Position numbers and translations under genes: made by a program. The notes under the pieces are model-generated. The model searched no databases. It saw nothing but the letters and a program-made list of their open reading frames with translations, and was not told the origin of the DNA. This document shows, piece by piece, positions 28,923 to 38,473 of a stretch of DNA of 49,722 nucleotides (the stretch's first letter is position 1; every line of letters starts with the position of its first letter). This DNA comes from a bacterium CG2_30_37_16 (GTDB lineage Bacteria; Patescibacteriota; CPR2). The stretch spans positions 1-49,722 of the forward strand of contig MNYC01000030.1 in NCBI GenBank assembly GCA_001872945.1. The letters are read 5' to 3'.

Positions 28923-30125
28923 ATGAAAAAAAGAAAACGAAATAATAAAAAAAGAGCGTTGTTCGTAGAAATTACTTACGTAGCTTGTTTAATAATGCTT
29001 TTTTCGCTATTCGCTTACGGTTACGTTTTGGGTTCAGTCGGCAGCAAAACGCTTTCAACTAACGATACAAACAGCTGTGGAACTTTTGTACCAAAAGTCA
29101 TATCGCCTTTAAACGGATCTACCACCACTGGAGAATATCAAGTAATTATTGATGAAATCCCTATGTACGTGGGACCCGGAGGTTATTCAAATGAAATTTC
29201 GTTTAAATATGACCTAAAAGACTCTAATAACAGCATTATTGGAAGCAATACGCCAGTTGCAAGTCCTGTTTTTAACAAGATCGATTCTGCTACAGGCATT
29301 AGTTTGGGTAGAGTAACTTTTAGCGCTAATAACCTCTCGGCTTATCCAGGTGGCCATTATTATGTTTCGCCATCAGGCATTTATTATTGCACAATAAATG
29401 GCGCTTCGACCCCAACCAGAATAAGCTGGCCGCTTTCGGATCAAACACAAAATTATTTGATAGTTCTTCAAAAATCAACGTCAATTCAGCCGACACCGAC
29501 ACCAACCAAAGCAACAGATAGCACAAACATGCATGTTACAATTCAACCCAGTGAAACAGCAAGTTCCACGCCAAGCCGAACAACAACCAAAGAACCTACG
29601 GCCTCACCTTCTCCAACTGAATCTCAAAAAACTATTGAGGTAAGGGATACGGTAACTGCTGCCGAGGTTGATAGCAGTGTAACCGTTAATACACCGATAA
29701 CCTCAACAGATATTAATAACAAAAAGGAATATATTTCTTTCTCCGGAAAAACCGATCCAAATGTGATAGTGGTACTATATATTTTCTCCGACCCTACCAT
29801 TGTTGAAGTTAGAACCGACAAAGAAGGTAACTGGAGATACGATTTAGACAAGAAAAAGGTAGCTCCGGGAAATCACCAAGTTTATGTTGCCGTTAAGGAT
29901 GAAGATGGTAAACTGGTAAAAAGAAGTAACCCAGTGGACTTTATAGTTGGCTCCGGCGAAGCAATTGCAGCTAGCGGCAATGAGAAAGCAAGCACCAATG
30001 CAGTACAAAAGAGTAACTCTATGTTATATTATGGTATTGGAGTTTTTGCCTTAATTACTCTCATTGTTTCGATATTTCTTTACATCTATGCGAAGAACCA
30101 CATAAAACGACCAAATGAACAATAA
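28923..30125 (+). CDS. Membrane-anchored surface protein with P/T/S linker and Ig-like domain
   Basis: ATG 28923 after GGAGG; N-terminal TM; PTPTPT/ST-rich linker; FSGKTDPN...TDKEGNW...GNHQVYV Ig-like module; C-terminal TM. Confidence 0.8.
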   Translation: MKKRKRNNKKRALFVEITYVACLIMLFSLFAYGYVLGSVGSKTLSTNDTNSCGTFVPKVISPLNGSTTTGEYQVIIDEIPMYVGPGGYSNEISFKYDLKDSNNSIIGSNTPVASPVFNKIDSATGISLGRVTFSANNLSAYPGGHYYVSPSGIYYCTINGASTPTRISWPLSDQTQNYLIVLQKSTSIQPTPTPTKATDSTNMHVTIQPSETASSTPSRTTTKEPTASPSPTESQKTIEVRDTVTAAEVDSSVTVNTPITSTDINNKKEYISFSGKTDPNVIVVLYIFSDPTIVEVRTDKEGNWRYDLDKKKVAPGNHQVYVAVKDEDGKLVKRSNPVDFIVGSGEAIAASGNEKASTNAVQKSNSMLYYGIGVFALITLIVSIFLYIYAKNHIKRPNEQ

Positions 30126-31539
30126 TGGCAATAAGTATTTAAGTTTTCTAAATAATAATAGGCAAGTTATTTATAGCTTGTTTATTATTATTTTAATTCC
30201 GTTCATGATAGCCTTAAACACGTGGATAATTTTAAATCAGGAGCAATTTGACTTAGATGCGGCCCTGCGAGATAAGGCTATAATTGCCGCTCAAGGTCTT
30301 AATGCTTCAATTGTTGACGATCTAAATGACCCAAAAAAGATTCAAAGTAAAATTGACTTCTTCTTTAACATTACTAGCGAGGTCAAATATGTCGCCGTCA
30401 TTAATAAAATAGGAGATGATTTTAAGGTACTGGCCAGCATTAACAGCTCAGAGGTTGGTAGAAATATTGACGGACAAATGAGAACTCTCCTAGGCACTGC
30501 TTGGTTTGGCGACGGCGCCTTTGCCCAAGAAATAACATCGTCCGAAAATAAAAAATACGGCGACAAAAAAATAGCATACAACGAAAGATTATTTCAAATA
30601 ATAGTGCCACTTAAAAATGCTAAGGGCGATTATGTTTATTTGGCCAACATTTGGGTTTCGGCTGCCAGCACGGACTACATCAATCAACAAACCCTAATTA
30701 AAGCGTTCGTTGTTCTTATTGTAACCGTCATAATTGTTCTTATCTTAGTTATGAGCAATGCCCGCCTTTTTCAATATGCGGTACTTTTTCAGCGCCTTAA
30801 AGAAGTTGACCAAATGAAAGATGACTTTATTTCAACAACTTCACATGAATTAAAAACGCCGCTCACCCTAATTAAGGGTAATGTATCAATGATTATTGAA
30901 GACTATGATAAAATACCCAAAGCAGATCAAAAGAAGATGCTGGATCAAGTTTTTGATAATACTAACCGCTTAAATTCTTTAGTTTCCGACCTCTTGGATG
31001 TTTCAAGAATTGAACAAAATAGAATAAAATTGGAATTTGAACCAATTGATATTTTAGAAATGGTTAATAAAGTTTTTTCTCAGTATGAAGGGCAAGCAAA
31101 CGAAAAAGGCTTAAAACTTATTAAAAGCTTTAAAACCGAAAAAGCTGTTTCTTCTTTAGACAGAGCAAAATTTGAACAGATTTTGGTAAATTTGGTTGGT
31201 AACGCCATAAAATATACAAAAGATGGGGAAGTGGAATTAATTATCTCAAGTGATAATAAGGGAAATTCTATTTGCATTAGAGACACGGGGGTTGGCATGG
31301 ATGAGCAGGAAAGAAAAAATTTATTTTCCAAATTTTACCGCATTAGAAATAATGACACCGAAGCCATACCCGGAACCGGACTTGGGCTGTGGATTACAAA
31401 ACAGCTGATAGAAACCATGAAAGGTACCATTATGGTTGACAGCATAAAAGGAGTGGGTTCTCAGTTTACCGTAGTTTTTCCGTCAACTTCTAATATTGTA
31501 AAACCGGAATACAAAAAGGAGATCAAAGACTTAACCTAA
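30115..31539 (+). CDS. Membrane sensor histidine kinase
   Basis: TM-extracytoplasmic domain-TM; H box SHELKTP; N box NLVGNAIKY; DTGVG; GTGLGL. Confidence 0.95.
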   Translation: MNNNGNKYLSFLNNNRQVIYSLFIIILIPFMIALNTWIILNQEQFDLDAALRDKAIIAAQGLNASIVDDLNDPKKIQSKIDFFFNITSEVKYVAVINKIGDDFKVLASINSSEVGRNIDGQMRTLLGTAWFGDGAFAQEITSSENKKYGDKKIAYNERLFQIIVPLKNAKGDYVYLANIWVSAASTDYINQQTLIKAFVVLIVTVIIVLILVMSNARLFQYAVLFQRLKEVDQMKDDFISTTSHELKTPLTLIKGNVSMIIEDYDKIPKADQKKMLDQVFDNTNRLNSLVSDLLDVSRIEQNRIKLEFEPIDILEMVNKVFSQYEGQANEKGLKLIKSFKTEKAVSSLDRAKFEQILVNLVGNAIKYTKDGEVELIISSDNKGNSICIRDTGVGMDEQERKNLFSKFYRIRNNDTEAIPGTGLGLWITKQLIETMKGTIMVDSIKGVGSQFTVVFPSTSNIVKPEYKKEIKDLT

Positions 31540-31544
31540 GTCCA

Positions 31545-31628
31545 CCATGCTTGTCATCAGTCTGATCCAGAACGGATAGAGGGGTACGGTCTTAGCCAGA
31601 AAGACCGATATTGGGCATATGGTTTTTT
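31545..31628 (+). ncRNA. Candidate ~80-nt three-way-junction RNA or compound terminator
   Basis: Outer stem CCATGCTTG/TGGGCATATGG; hairpins TCT(g)ATCC/GGATAGA and CGGTCTT/AAGACCG; followed by T6. Confidence 0.35.
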
Positions 31629-31707
31629 AAGAAGGGCGGAAGTAAGAGAAGGATAAATCAAGAAAAAAATTTTTGAATTTTTTATTTTTTGTGTCATAAT
31701 AGATCTT

Positions 31708-32163
31708 ATGAAAATTAAGCAAACGATCCTAAAAATCTCAACTAAAAACAACCTGCAATTTGTAGACCTGACAAACGAAATCGAGAAATTTGTGTCAAAA
31801 AGCAAAATAAAATTCGGTCAACTTCTTGTTTATTCTAGGCACACGACACTTGCCATAAGGGTCAACGAGAAAGAAACCGGTATCTTCAATGATATGGAAG
31901 AATTCTTGAATAAATTACTTCCGAAAAATAGATATTACAGACATAATGATCTAGAAATTAGAACTGAAAATTTGGTCTGCTCACCGGAAACCGAGGAGTG
32001 TTTAAATGGTCATTCTCATTGTCGCCACTTCCTTCTGTCAACCAGCGAAACTATTCCAATTCAGGGCGGCACAATTGCTCTGGGAACGTGGCAGAAAGTA
32101 ATGGCCGTCGAACTTGATGGCCCCAGAAAACGAGAGATTCTTCTTCAATTGATTGGCGAGTAA
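31708..32163 (+). CDS. YjbQ/UPF0047 family protein
   Basis: HTT..I.VNE; Y.H.D; NGHSH; LGTWQ....ELDGPR. Confidence 0.92.
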   Translation: MKIKQTILKISTKNNLQFVDLTNEIEKFVSKSKIKFGQLLVYSRHTTLAIRVNEKETGIFNDMEEFLNKLLPKNRYYRHNDLEIRTENLVCSPETEECLNGHSHCRHFLLSTSETIPIQGGTIALGTWQKVMAVELDGPRKREILLQLIGE

Positions 32164-32214
32164 AATAACATTGCCCTAACATAATTTTGCAACTATTATT
32201 AGATAAAGGAGGGA

Positions 32215-33393
32215 GTGGTTAAATCTCTTAAAGCTTTGTTAATTTGTATCTGTATTGGTTTAAATGCAAAAATCGCTTTTGCGGATTCTTTGTATATCCC
32301 CTATGATCATGGCTATACTAACACTTTAAATCTAATTGATTTTAATAATAAGCCTGAAAATATCAACGAAGGCATACTAATGCTAAAAGACGACCGAACA
32401 ACTCTGTCATCCGACAAATTTGTTAATTTTTTTGATTATCATATTAGTTCTAAAATAAAATTTGTAAATACAGAGCGATTCGGAGAATCAGGTTTCGATT
32501 TTTGGACAGCTGACGAAAAGAATTATTTTAGACTTTCCTTTAAACCTTCTGAATCAAAAATAATAATTTCTCAATTCATAGATGGCAAAATTAATATCTT
32601 GAAAACGAAATCCACAATATTGGAAATGAATAAGGAATATTTAATTTTGCTAACAGCGAAAAGGAACGGGGAAATGTATGTCCATGTAGATGGCTCCAGA
32701 ATTTTTTGGGACGATCAAGCCGATATAATAAAAACCGACCCAAAATACGGGAAAGGCGGCATTGCTTTTTTTTCTTATCTTGCCGAAACATCTTTTAACG
32801 GTTTAAAAATTTTGCCAAACGATCCGCCCTTTATTTCAGATATCGTCTATGAAACACAAGGAACTGGGGACGTTGTAATAAAGTTTAAATCAAGCTATCC
32901 TATTTTTGCTGAAGTTGTGTACGATAAGTCTTCCCATCAAAGTGATAATTTTGCCTCAACCTATAAATACAGAACTGGCACGTTCGAGCCGATTAGGGAT
33001 GGTAATATTTTGATACATAACTTATCGCCTTCCTCCATTTATTTCTTCCGGATTAAAGCGGTAAGCGAATTAACATCAATTTCTAATGAATTTACTATAA
33101 CAATGCCTGAAGTAAAAGGAGTTGAGTCTATCAAAAATGACACGCCATTTATTAAGTTTACTCTTTCAGTTATATCTTTTTTAGCAACTGCTGTCGGACT
33201 TATACTTTTTTTTAGAGCCCAAAAACAAGACTTACGGCCGGAAGCTGAACAATCATCTGATAATTCTTTAAAGACTATAGCCGAAGACCTGAAAAATGAT
33301 AGTCAATTAATTATTCAGGAATTATCGCACATGAAACAAATATCCAATAAAAGTAATAATAACTGGGATATTTTCAAAAAAAATAATGAGTAA
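32215..33393 (+). CDS. Exported protein with lectin-like beta-sandwich, FN3-like domain and C-terminal TM
   Basis: Signal peptide (AFA-D); GGIAF beta-sandwich motif; NLSPSSIYFFRIKAV FN3 signature; TM near residues 315-333. Confidence 0.7.
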   Translation: MVKSLKALLICICIGLNAKIAFADSLYIPYDHGYTNTLNLIDFNNKPENINEGILMLKDDRTTLSSDKFVNFFDYHISSKIKFVNTERFGESGFDFWTADEKNYFRLSFKPSESKIIISQFIDGKINILKTKSTILEMNKEYLILLTAKRNGEMYVHVDGSRIFWDDQADIIKTDPKYGKGGIAFFSYLAETSFNGLKILPNDPPFISDIVYETQGTGDVVIKFKSSYPIFAEVVYDKSSHQSDNFASTYKYRTGTFEPIRDGNILIHNLSPSSIYFFRIKAVSELTSISNEFTITMPEVKGVESIKNDTPFIKFTLSVISFLATAVGLILFFRAQKQDLRPEAEQSSDNSLKTIAEDLKNDSQLIIQELSHMKQISNKSNNNWDIFKKNNE

Positions 33394-33943
33394 AACAATT
33401 TACTTAGCCAGACATGGCGAAACTGAATACAATAGATTACAAAAAATTACCGGCCAGCTGGATATTCCGTTAAATGATGTTGGACTTGAACAGGCCATGA
33501 TGCTATCCCTTAGCCTTAAAGATATATATTTTGATGTAATTTACAGCTCTTCATTAAAAAGATGTCGTCAGACAGTTACGGAAGTCAAAAAATTTCATAA
33601 AGGGGTTCCAATTGTTTTCGATTCCAGACTAAAGGAATGCAATGCCGGCGTTATGGAAGGAGAGCCTTGTTCGGTAATGGCCGATTATACAGAGAAATTT
33701 ACCCCCAGAGGTGGCGAGTCATTCTATCATTTAAAAAGCAGGGTCCGGGATTTTTTAGCAGATCAAATCTATGCCAAGGATTTTGAGAATATCTTAGTTG
33801 TCTCTCACGGTGGACCAATAAAAGTAATTAGAAGTTTTTTTGAGAACACCGATACACTATCCGAGAAAGAGATGAGTATTAAAAATGCCAATTATTGGAT
33901 AATAAAAACCAATTTGAAAGAGTTAACTATCCATACAAGATAA
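33386..33943 (+). CDS. Histidine phosphatase family protein
   Basis: RHGET; SSSLKRC.QT; GGES; VSHGG. Confidence 0.94.
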   Translation: MSKTIYLARHGETEYNRLQKITGQLDIPLNDVGLEQAMMLSLSLKDIYFDVIYSSSLKRCRQTVTEVKKFHKGVPIVFDSRLKECNAGVMEGEPCSVMADYTEKFTPRGGESFYHLKSRVRDFLADQIYAKDFENILVVSHGGPIKVIRSFFENTDTLSEKEMSIKNANYWIIKTNLKELTIHTR

Positions 33944-33979
33944 TTGTTTTTATTTGCTTTTAGGTTAAAATTAATAACC

Positions 33980-35548
33980 ATGACATTCCCGGACAACTTT
34001 CCCAAACCTCATGAAACTTATTTCAAAGCCAGCTTGGATATTCTTTTGGGTTTAGAAAGGAATGAATCGGTAGACAAATTAATTAAAGGAATTTCTTCAG
34101 GGTATAAAATAAACACGGTGCCTTTCTGGGTTATAAAATGGGTGTATGCTCATCAAGACAAAATTAAGCTTTCTAAGGATGTGCTAAATTTAATTAAAAT
34201 AAAAAAAGTCCGATCACTTTCCGGCATTGTGCCCGTATCAGTATTTACCAAGCCTCATCCGTGTCCCGGAAATTGTATTTTTTGTCCGAATGAGACTGGA
34301 GTCCCTAAAAGTTATTTACATAACGAGCCCGGCATTATGAGAGCACAGCGTAATAATTTTGATCCCAGTGAACAATTTTTTTCAAGGTTGAGCCAGCTTA
34401 ACTTCTCAGGACATGAAATCAATAAAGTCGATCTAATTATTCAGGGCGGAACATTTTCGAACCTACCGAATGAATACAGAGAACAATTTATAGCAGCTTG
34501 CTTTGCACAGGCAAATTCATGGCCAAGTAAGCTTGCCCCTAATGATATTTATGACTTGGTAAAAGAACATGGAAAGAACGAGAAAGCAAAAATCAGAATT
34601 ATAGGGATTACCATAGAAACTCGGCCAGACTGGATAAACGAAAAAGAAATTATATTCTTAAGAAAACTAGGAGTTACAAGAGTTGAGCTTGGAGTTCAAA
34701 ACATTTCAGATGGAATCTTAAGTCTAAATAATCGAACCCATACGACAAATGATATTATAAATGCCACAAAACTATTAAAGGATTCGGGACTCAAGATTTG
34801 TTATCATCTGATGCCGGGTCTTTACGGTTCAAATTTAAAGGATGATTTAAACAATATTAAAAAGGTGTTTAGTGATCCCGCATTCAGACCAGATTATTTA
34901 AAAATTTATCCATGTGTTGTCTTAAAAAATACAAAATTGTTAGAATTATATAAGAAGAAAAAATATGAACCCCTGACGGATCATGATTTGATAGACCTAC
35001 TTATAGAAGTTAAAAAAATTGTTCCCGAATATGTGAGAATTCAAAGGCTGGGCCGCGATATTCCGGCAAACTCAATTGCCGCCGGTTGCAAGATCTCCAA
35101 TATTAGAGAGCTAGTTTTAAAAAAAAGCTACTGCAAATGTATCAGATGCCGTGAAATAAAAGACCAAAAAAACCATAAAGTTCATTTAAACATAATTTCT
35201 TATACTGCTTCAGGCGGAACAGAATATTTTTTGGAAATGGTAGACAAGGATTATCGTCTATATGCCATACTAAGGCTTAGATTCCCGCAAGAGTTTTATA
35301 TCAAAGAGCTTCAAGACTCAGCCGTTATAAGAGAGCTTCACACTTACGGAGCCGCAACAGGAATTGGAAAAAAAGGGAAAATCCAACATTTAGGACTCGG
35401 CAAACTATTAATTGAGGTAGCTGAAACAATTTCAAAAAGTCATGGGTATAAAAAAATTGCAGTTATATCCGGAATTGGCGCCAGAGATTACTACCGAAAA
35501 TTGGGTTACAAGTTAAAAGATACCTACATGATTAAAGATCTTTTATAA
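33980..35548 (+). CDS. elp3: Elp3-type radical SAM/GNAT tRNA U34 carboxymethyltransferase
   Basis: CPGNCIFCP; PKSY; QGGTF; IETRPD; VELGVQ; HLMPGL; LKIYP; CIRCRE; RELHTYG; QHLGLG; VISGIGARDYY. Likely ATG 33980. Confidence 0.93.
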   Translation: MTFPDNFPKPHETYFKASLDILLGLERNESVDKLIKGISSGYKINTVPFWVIKWVYAHQDKIKLSKDVLNLIKIKKVRSLSGIVPVSVFTKPHPCPGNCIFCPNETGVPKSYLHNEPGIMRAQRNNFDPSEQFFSRLSQLNFSGHEINKVDLIIQGGTFSNLPNEYREQFIAACFAQANSWPSKLAPNDIYDLVKEHGKNEKAKIRIIGITIETRPDWINEKEIIFLRKLGVTRVELGVQNISDGILSLNNRTHTTNDIINATKLLKDSGLKICYHLMPGLYGSNLKDDLNNIKKVFSDPAFRPDYLKIYPCVVLKNTKLLELYKKKKYEPLTDHDLIDLLIEVKKIVPEYVRIQRLGRDIPANSIAAGCKISNIRELVLKKSYCKCIRCREIKDQKNHKVHLNIISYTASGGTEYFLEMVDKDYRLYAILRLRFPQEFYIKELQDSAVIRELHTYGAATGIGKKGKIQHLGLGKLLIEVAETISKSHGYKKIAVISGIGARDYYRKLGYKLKDTYMIKDLL

Positions 35549-35666
35549 GGGTAAATGATCTATATCCAATTCCTTTACTTGCTACATTGATTTAACTTAT
35601 ATTATAATAGATGTAAGCTAAGGGCACAGGAGCAAGGGCCCCTGCTTTAAAAACAAGGGAGAAAAT

Positions 35667-36731
35667 ATGAGCAGAAAGGTTTCAAATGATAGCCTATACA
35701 AAGCATTAGGCATTACCAGCATCTTTGTTTTAGCAATTATTGCTATTACTTTTCTCCCAACTAACAGAATCGAGGCGGCTTCTTTAAACAAAATCTTCAC
35801 TTTTGCATCAACTACAGAAAGTTGGGCCGGAAATGGCGGAATTTCAACTGTAGATTCATATCAGTCATCAGTAGGAAATCCCGCAGGAGCTTTACAATCC
35901 ACCATATCGGGAAGAAATAAGGTCAATACAACCGCCGGTTGGCTATTATCTGGGCTAACGTGGGAAGATCTTGGGGTTCCCGTTGGATCAACGGTGAACA
36001 CCGTTGATGGAAGATACGATTGGCAATGCTCGGAATATACTACTGGTAATTCAAAGTCGGCCTCTGGAGACTTAACAATTACAGATTCATCCGACGGAAA
36101 TTCGACAACGATAGAAAGCGGTGTTACTTTCGGAGCAACAACTACATGGGCCACAAGAAATGCTTCCGCCAATATAAATATACCCGCCTCACTTAATACT
36201 TCTAATACATCCATAAAGATTAAACTGCTGGGTAGTCTTCTAACTGGGAATAGCAATAGTGCCTTTGTAACCAGACAAATGGATAATATTTCATTAATTA
36301 TAGATTACTCTGCTAGTCCCACCCCAACTCCAACACCTACCCCCGGACCAACAACTAATCAATTAAAATCTATCGAACAATTTATTAGTCAGGAAAGCAC
36401 CGTAAAAATAGCAGGTTCAACCTCCTCAATGGGTTTTAATATCGACATTGCAGAAACTTCACCTATCGTGAAATCTGCATTTATTGAAATTCAAGGAGTA
36501 TCAAGTCCCTCAGCCGCGCAAGTTATTGATGTTGATGTTGATGGGGTCGGAAAAATTAGCCACTCCCTAGATACTTCAAATAACGTCAATTTCAGAATTA
36601 TATTTGACTTAAATAACTATTTATCCACAAAGGCGCCGCCCAATAATTATATTCTCAACATCAAACCTGTTACTGCCAGTGTCTCCGTTTTAAGTGCTAA
36701 ATTAATTTTAACTTATCAATACAGCGGTTAG
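35667..36731 (+). CDS. Secreted pilus-locus protein (putative adhesin): beta-rich domain, PT linker, C-terminal shared domain
   Basis: Sec-type signal (IEA-A); S/T/G-rich domain; SPTPTPTPTP linker; first gene of the tightly coupled pil cluster. Confidence 0.75.
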   Translation: MSRKVSNDSLYKALGITSIFVLAIIAITFLPTNRIEAASLNKIFTFASTTESWAGNGGISTVDSYQSSVGNPAGALQSTISGRNKVNTTAGWLLSGLTWEDLGVPVGSTVNTVDGRYDWQCSEYTTGNSKSASGDLTITDSSDGNSTTIESGVTFGATTTWATRNASANINIPASLNTSNTSIKIKLLGSLLTGNSNSAFVTRQMDNISLIIDYSASPTPTPTPTPGPTTNQLKSIEQFISQESTVKIAGSTSSMGFNIDIAETSPIVKSAFIEIQGVSSPSAAQVIDVDVDGVGKISHSLDTSNNVNFRIIFDLNNYLSTKAPPNNYILNIKPVTASVSVLSAKLILTYQYSG

Positions 36732-36732
36732 C

Positions 36733-37533
36733 ATGAAAAGATTTAGTCTTATACCTTTGACTTTGCTCTGTTTTATGATTTTTGCTGCTAGAGCCGAAGC
36801 AGCCCAAATTTATCCACAAAAGACCTTAAAATTTTTTGTAGGTCAAAGAAACAACGCAATTTCTAATGCCTCAGGATCATTTAATTTCGCTATCGATATT
36901 GCGGAAGAGAAGCCCTGCATTGGTCAAAGTTTTATTGAGTTTACTGGAGTTGCTAAAAATCCCGTTGGTACAGATATTCAATTAACACTGGGGGATACAA
37001 GCAGAACCTTTTCGCTTTCTGGCAACAATAATTCATCTGATTTTAAAATATTATTTTATATTGATGAAGCCCTGAATAATATTTCCAACCCCGGTTCGTT
37101 TAACTACGCCTTAAATTATACCGTTTCCGGTAATCTTATTTCGCTAATTGCCGCAAAATGTATTATAACTTACCAATTTTTTGAACCTCAGTCGGTAGGC
37201 CAAACCGCTTTTGCTCCAAGGTCTTACCTTATTTCATCAACGTATGATGGCGGAGAGTTTCCCGGATATAATACAATCAGCTGGACTACTAAAAATGAAC
37301 CACCAAATACTAATATACGGCTTCAGATAGCTACTTCCGACAATATAAATGGTCCATTTGATTTTGCGGGTCCTGATGACACCGCCGGTTCTTTCTATGA
37401 ATCACCGGGAGATGCTATTTCCAACATTCATAATGGTCAGCGCTATTTTAGATATAAAGTTTCTCTCTCTACCAAAGACCCGAACCAAACACCGGTTGTA
37501 GGAGATGTAAAAATTAACTTTTCAAATAAATGA
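36733..37533 (+). CDS. Secreted pilus-locus protein: N-terminal shared domain plus C-terminal beta domain
   Basis: Signal peptide (AEA-A); N-terminal half aligns by eye with the C-terminus of the preceding ORF; C-terminal YLISSTYD...RYFRYKV..TP.V. Confidence 0.75.
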   Translation: MKRFSLIPLTLLCFMIFAARAEAAQIYPQKTLKFFVGQRNNAISNASGSFNFAIDIAEEKPCIGQSFIEFTGVAKNPVGTDIQLTLGDTSRTFSLSGNNNSSDFKILFYIDEALNNISNPGSFNYALNYTVSGNLISLIAAKCIITYQFFEPQSVGQTAFAPRSYLISSTYDGGEFPGYNTISWTTKNEPPNTNIRLQIATSDNINGPFDFAGPDDTAGSFYESPGDAISNIHNGQRYFRYKVSLSTKDPNQTPVVGDVKINFSNK

Positions 37534-38069
37534 ACGAGAGAGGCACAACGTTAATTGAATTAGTAATATATATTGCAATTCTTGGAATTGCCGTTACTGG
37601 TATTTTGTACGTCACTTTCCCAATTATTAAAGTTTCCAAAAGAAACTCTGCCGCAACTGAAACTAGCCAAAATGCACGTTTCGTTCTCGACAACCTAAAA
37701 GCCGACCTAGGCTTGGCTGCCAATATTACCGAACCAACCGTAGGAATAAAAACATCTGATCGCTTAGTTCTAGCAATGCCGGACACAACAAGCGTTGTTT
37801 ACGAAATTAATTCGGGCAATGTCGAAAGAAAAGTTTATAATGGTATCAATTTGTTAAAAAATTACACTATTAATTCTCACCTAACTAACATTACTCACAG
37901 AAAAGACGTAGGGGAAACTGATATCAATTATTTTAAATTAGTGCCAAATGCTGATGTCTCCAAAAAACCGTCAATTCAAATATCAATTAAGATTAATTAT
38001 TTAGCAAATAATATAAGTAATTTTTCGCAGGAATATCAAACAACTAGCCTGCTTTCGGGAGGCTTATGA
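37530..38069 (+). CDS. Minor type IV pilin (PilW/GspJ-like)
   Basis: Class III signal ERG|TTLIEL followed by a hydrophobic helix. Confidence 0.88.
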   Translation: MNERGTTLIELVIYIAILGIAVTGILYVTFPIIKVSKRNSAATETSQNARFVLDNLKADLGLAANITEPTVGIKTSDRLVLAMPDTTSVVYEINSGNVERKVYNGINLLKNYTINSHLTNITHRKDVGETDINYFKLVPNADVSKKPSIQISIKINYLANNISNFSQEYQTTSLLSGGL

Positions 38070-38473
38070 AACTCGGAGAAAGGGGTGCAACCATCCTTAT
38101 TACTACGCTGTCAGTTACCGGAATATTAATTACTCTTGTACTTGTTGCTAATGGATTGTCATTCAGTGAACTTAATATGAGCAATGACAATAAAAAAAAT
38201 CAACTTGTCTTAGATGCGGCTAAAGCCGGAATTTCCGATGGACTGCTTCGCATTACCAAAAACCAGTGTAGAGCAGATCCTTACTTATATTCTTTACCAA
38301 TCAACGAATATTCTGCTACAATTAGAATAACGGGCTGCGGAACCCAGAATATTTTTATTGAATCAACTATTGATAACCTATCGATTTTGCATCCATCAAA
38401 GAAGATGACGGCAAACGTAGTTTTATCAAATGGTGTGGTTAGCGTCAGTAATATTAGCGAGGTTTCTTTTTGA
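38066..38473 (+). CDS. Minor pilin (PilX/GspK-like)
   Basis: ERG|ATILIT lacking Glu5; A.AG..DG motif; one Cys pair. Confidence 0.75.
   Translation: MKLGERGATILITTLSVTGILITLVLVANGLSFSELNMSNDNKKNQLVLDAAKAGISDGLLRITKNQCRADPYLYSLPINEYSATIRITGCGTQNIFIESTIDNLSILHPSKKMTANVVLSNGVVSVSNISEVSF

Noticed and set aside
31545..31628. TPP riboswitch (near yjbQ), or hammerhead/fluoride motif (CTGATGA on the minus strand)
   Set aside because: TPP elements are missing or in the wrong order (no CUGAGA); no GAAA hammerhead core; no fluoride 5' GAUG...CC stem.
31557..31805. 82-aa minus-strand ORF
   Set aside because: Antisense to yjbQ and its promoter, with no recognisable motif.
35613..35650. Possible riboswitch upstream of the pilus operon (GGGCACAGGAGCAAGGGCCCCTGC)
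   Set aside because: Only a short weak hairpin; c-di-GMP-I/II and preQ1 consensus features are absent.
36314..36350. Short CCN-ACN repeat
   Set aside because: Encodes a Pro-Thr linker with varied codons; not a DNA-level repeat element.
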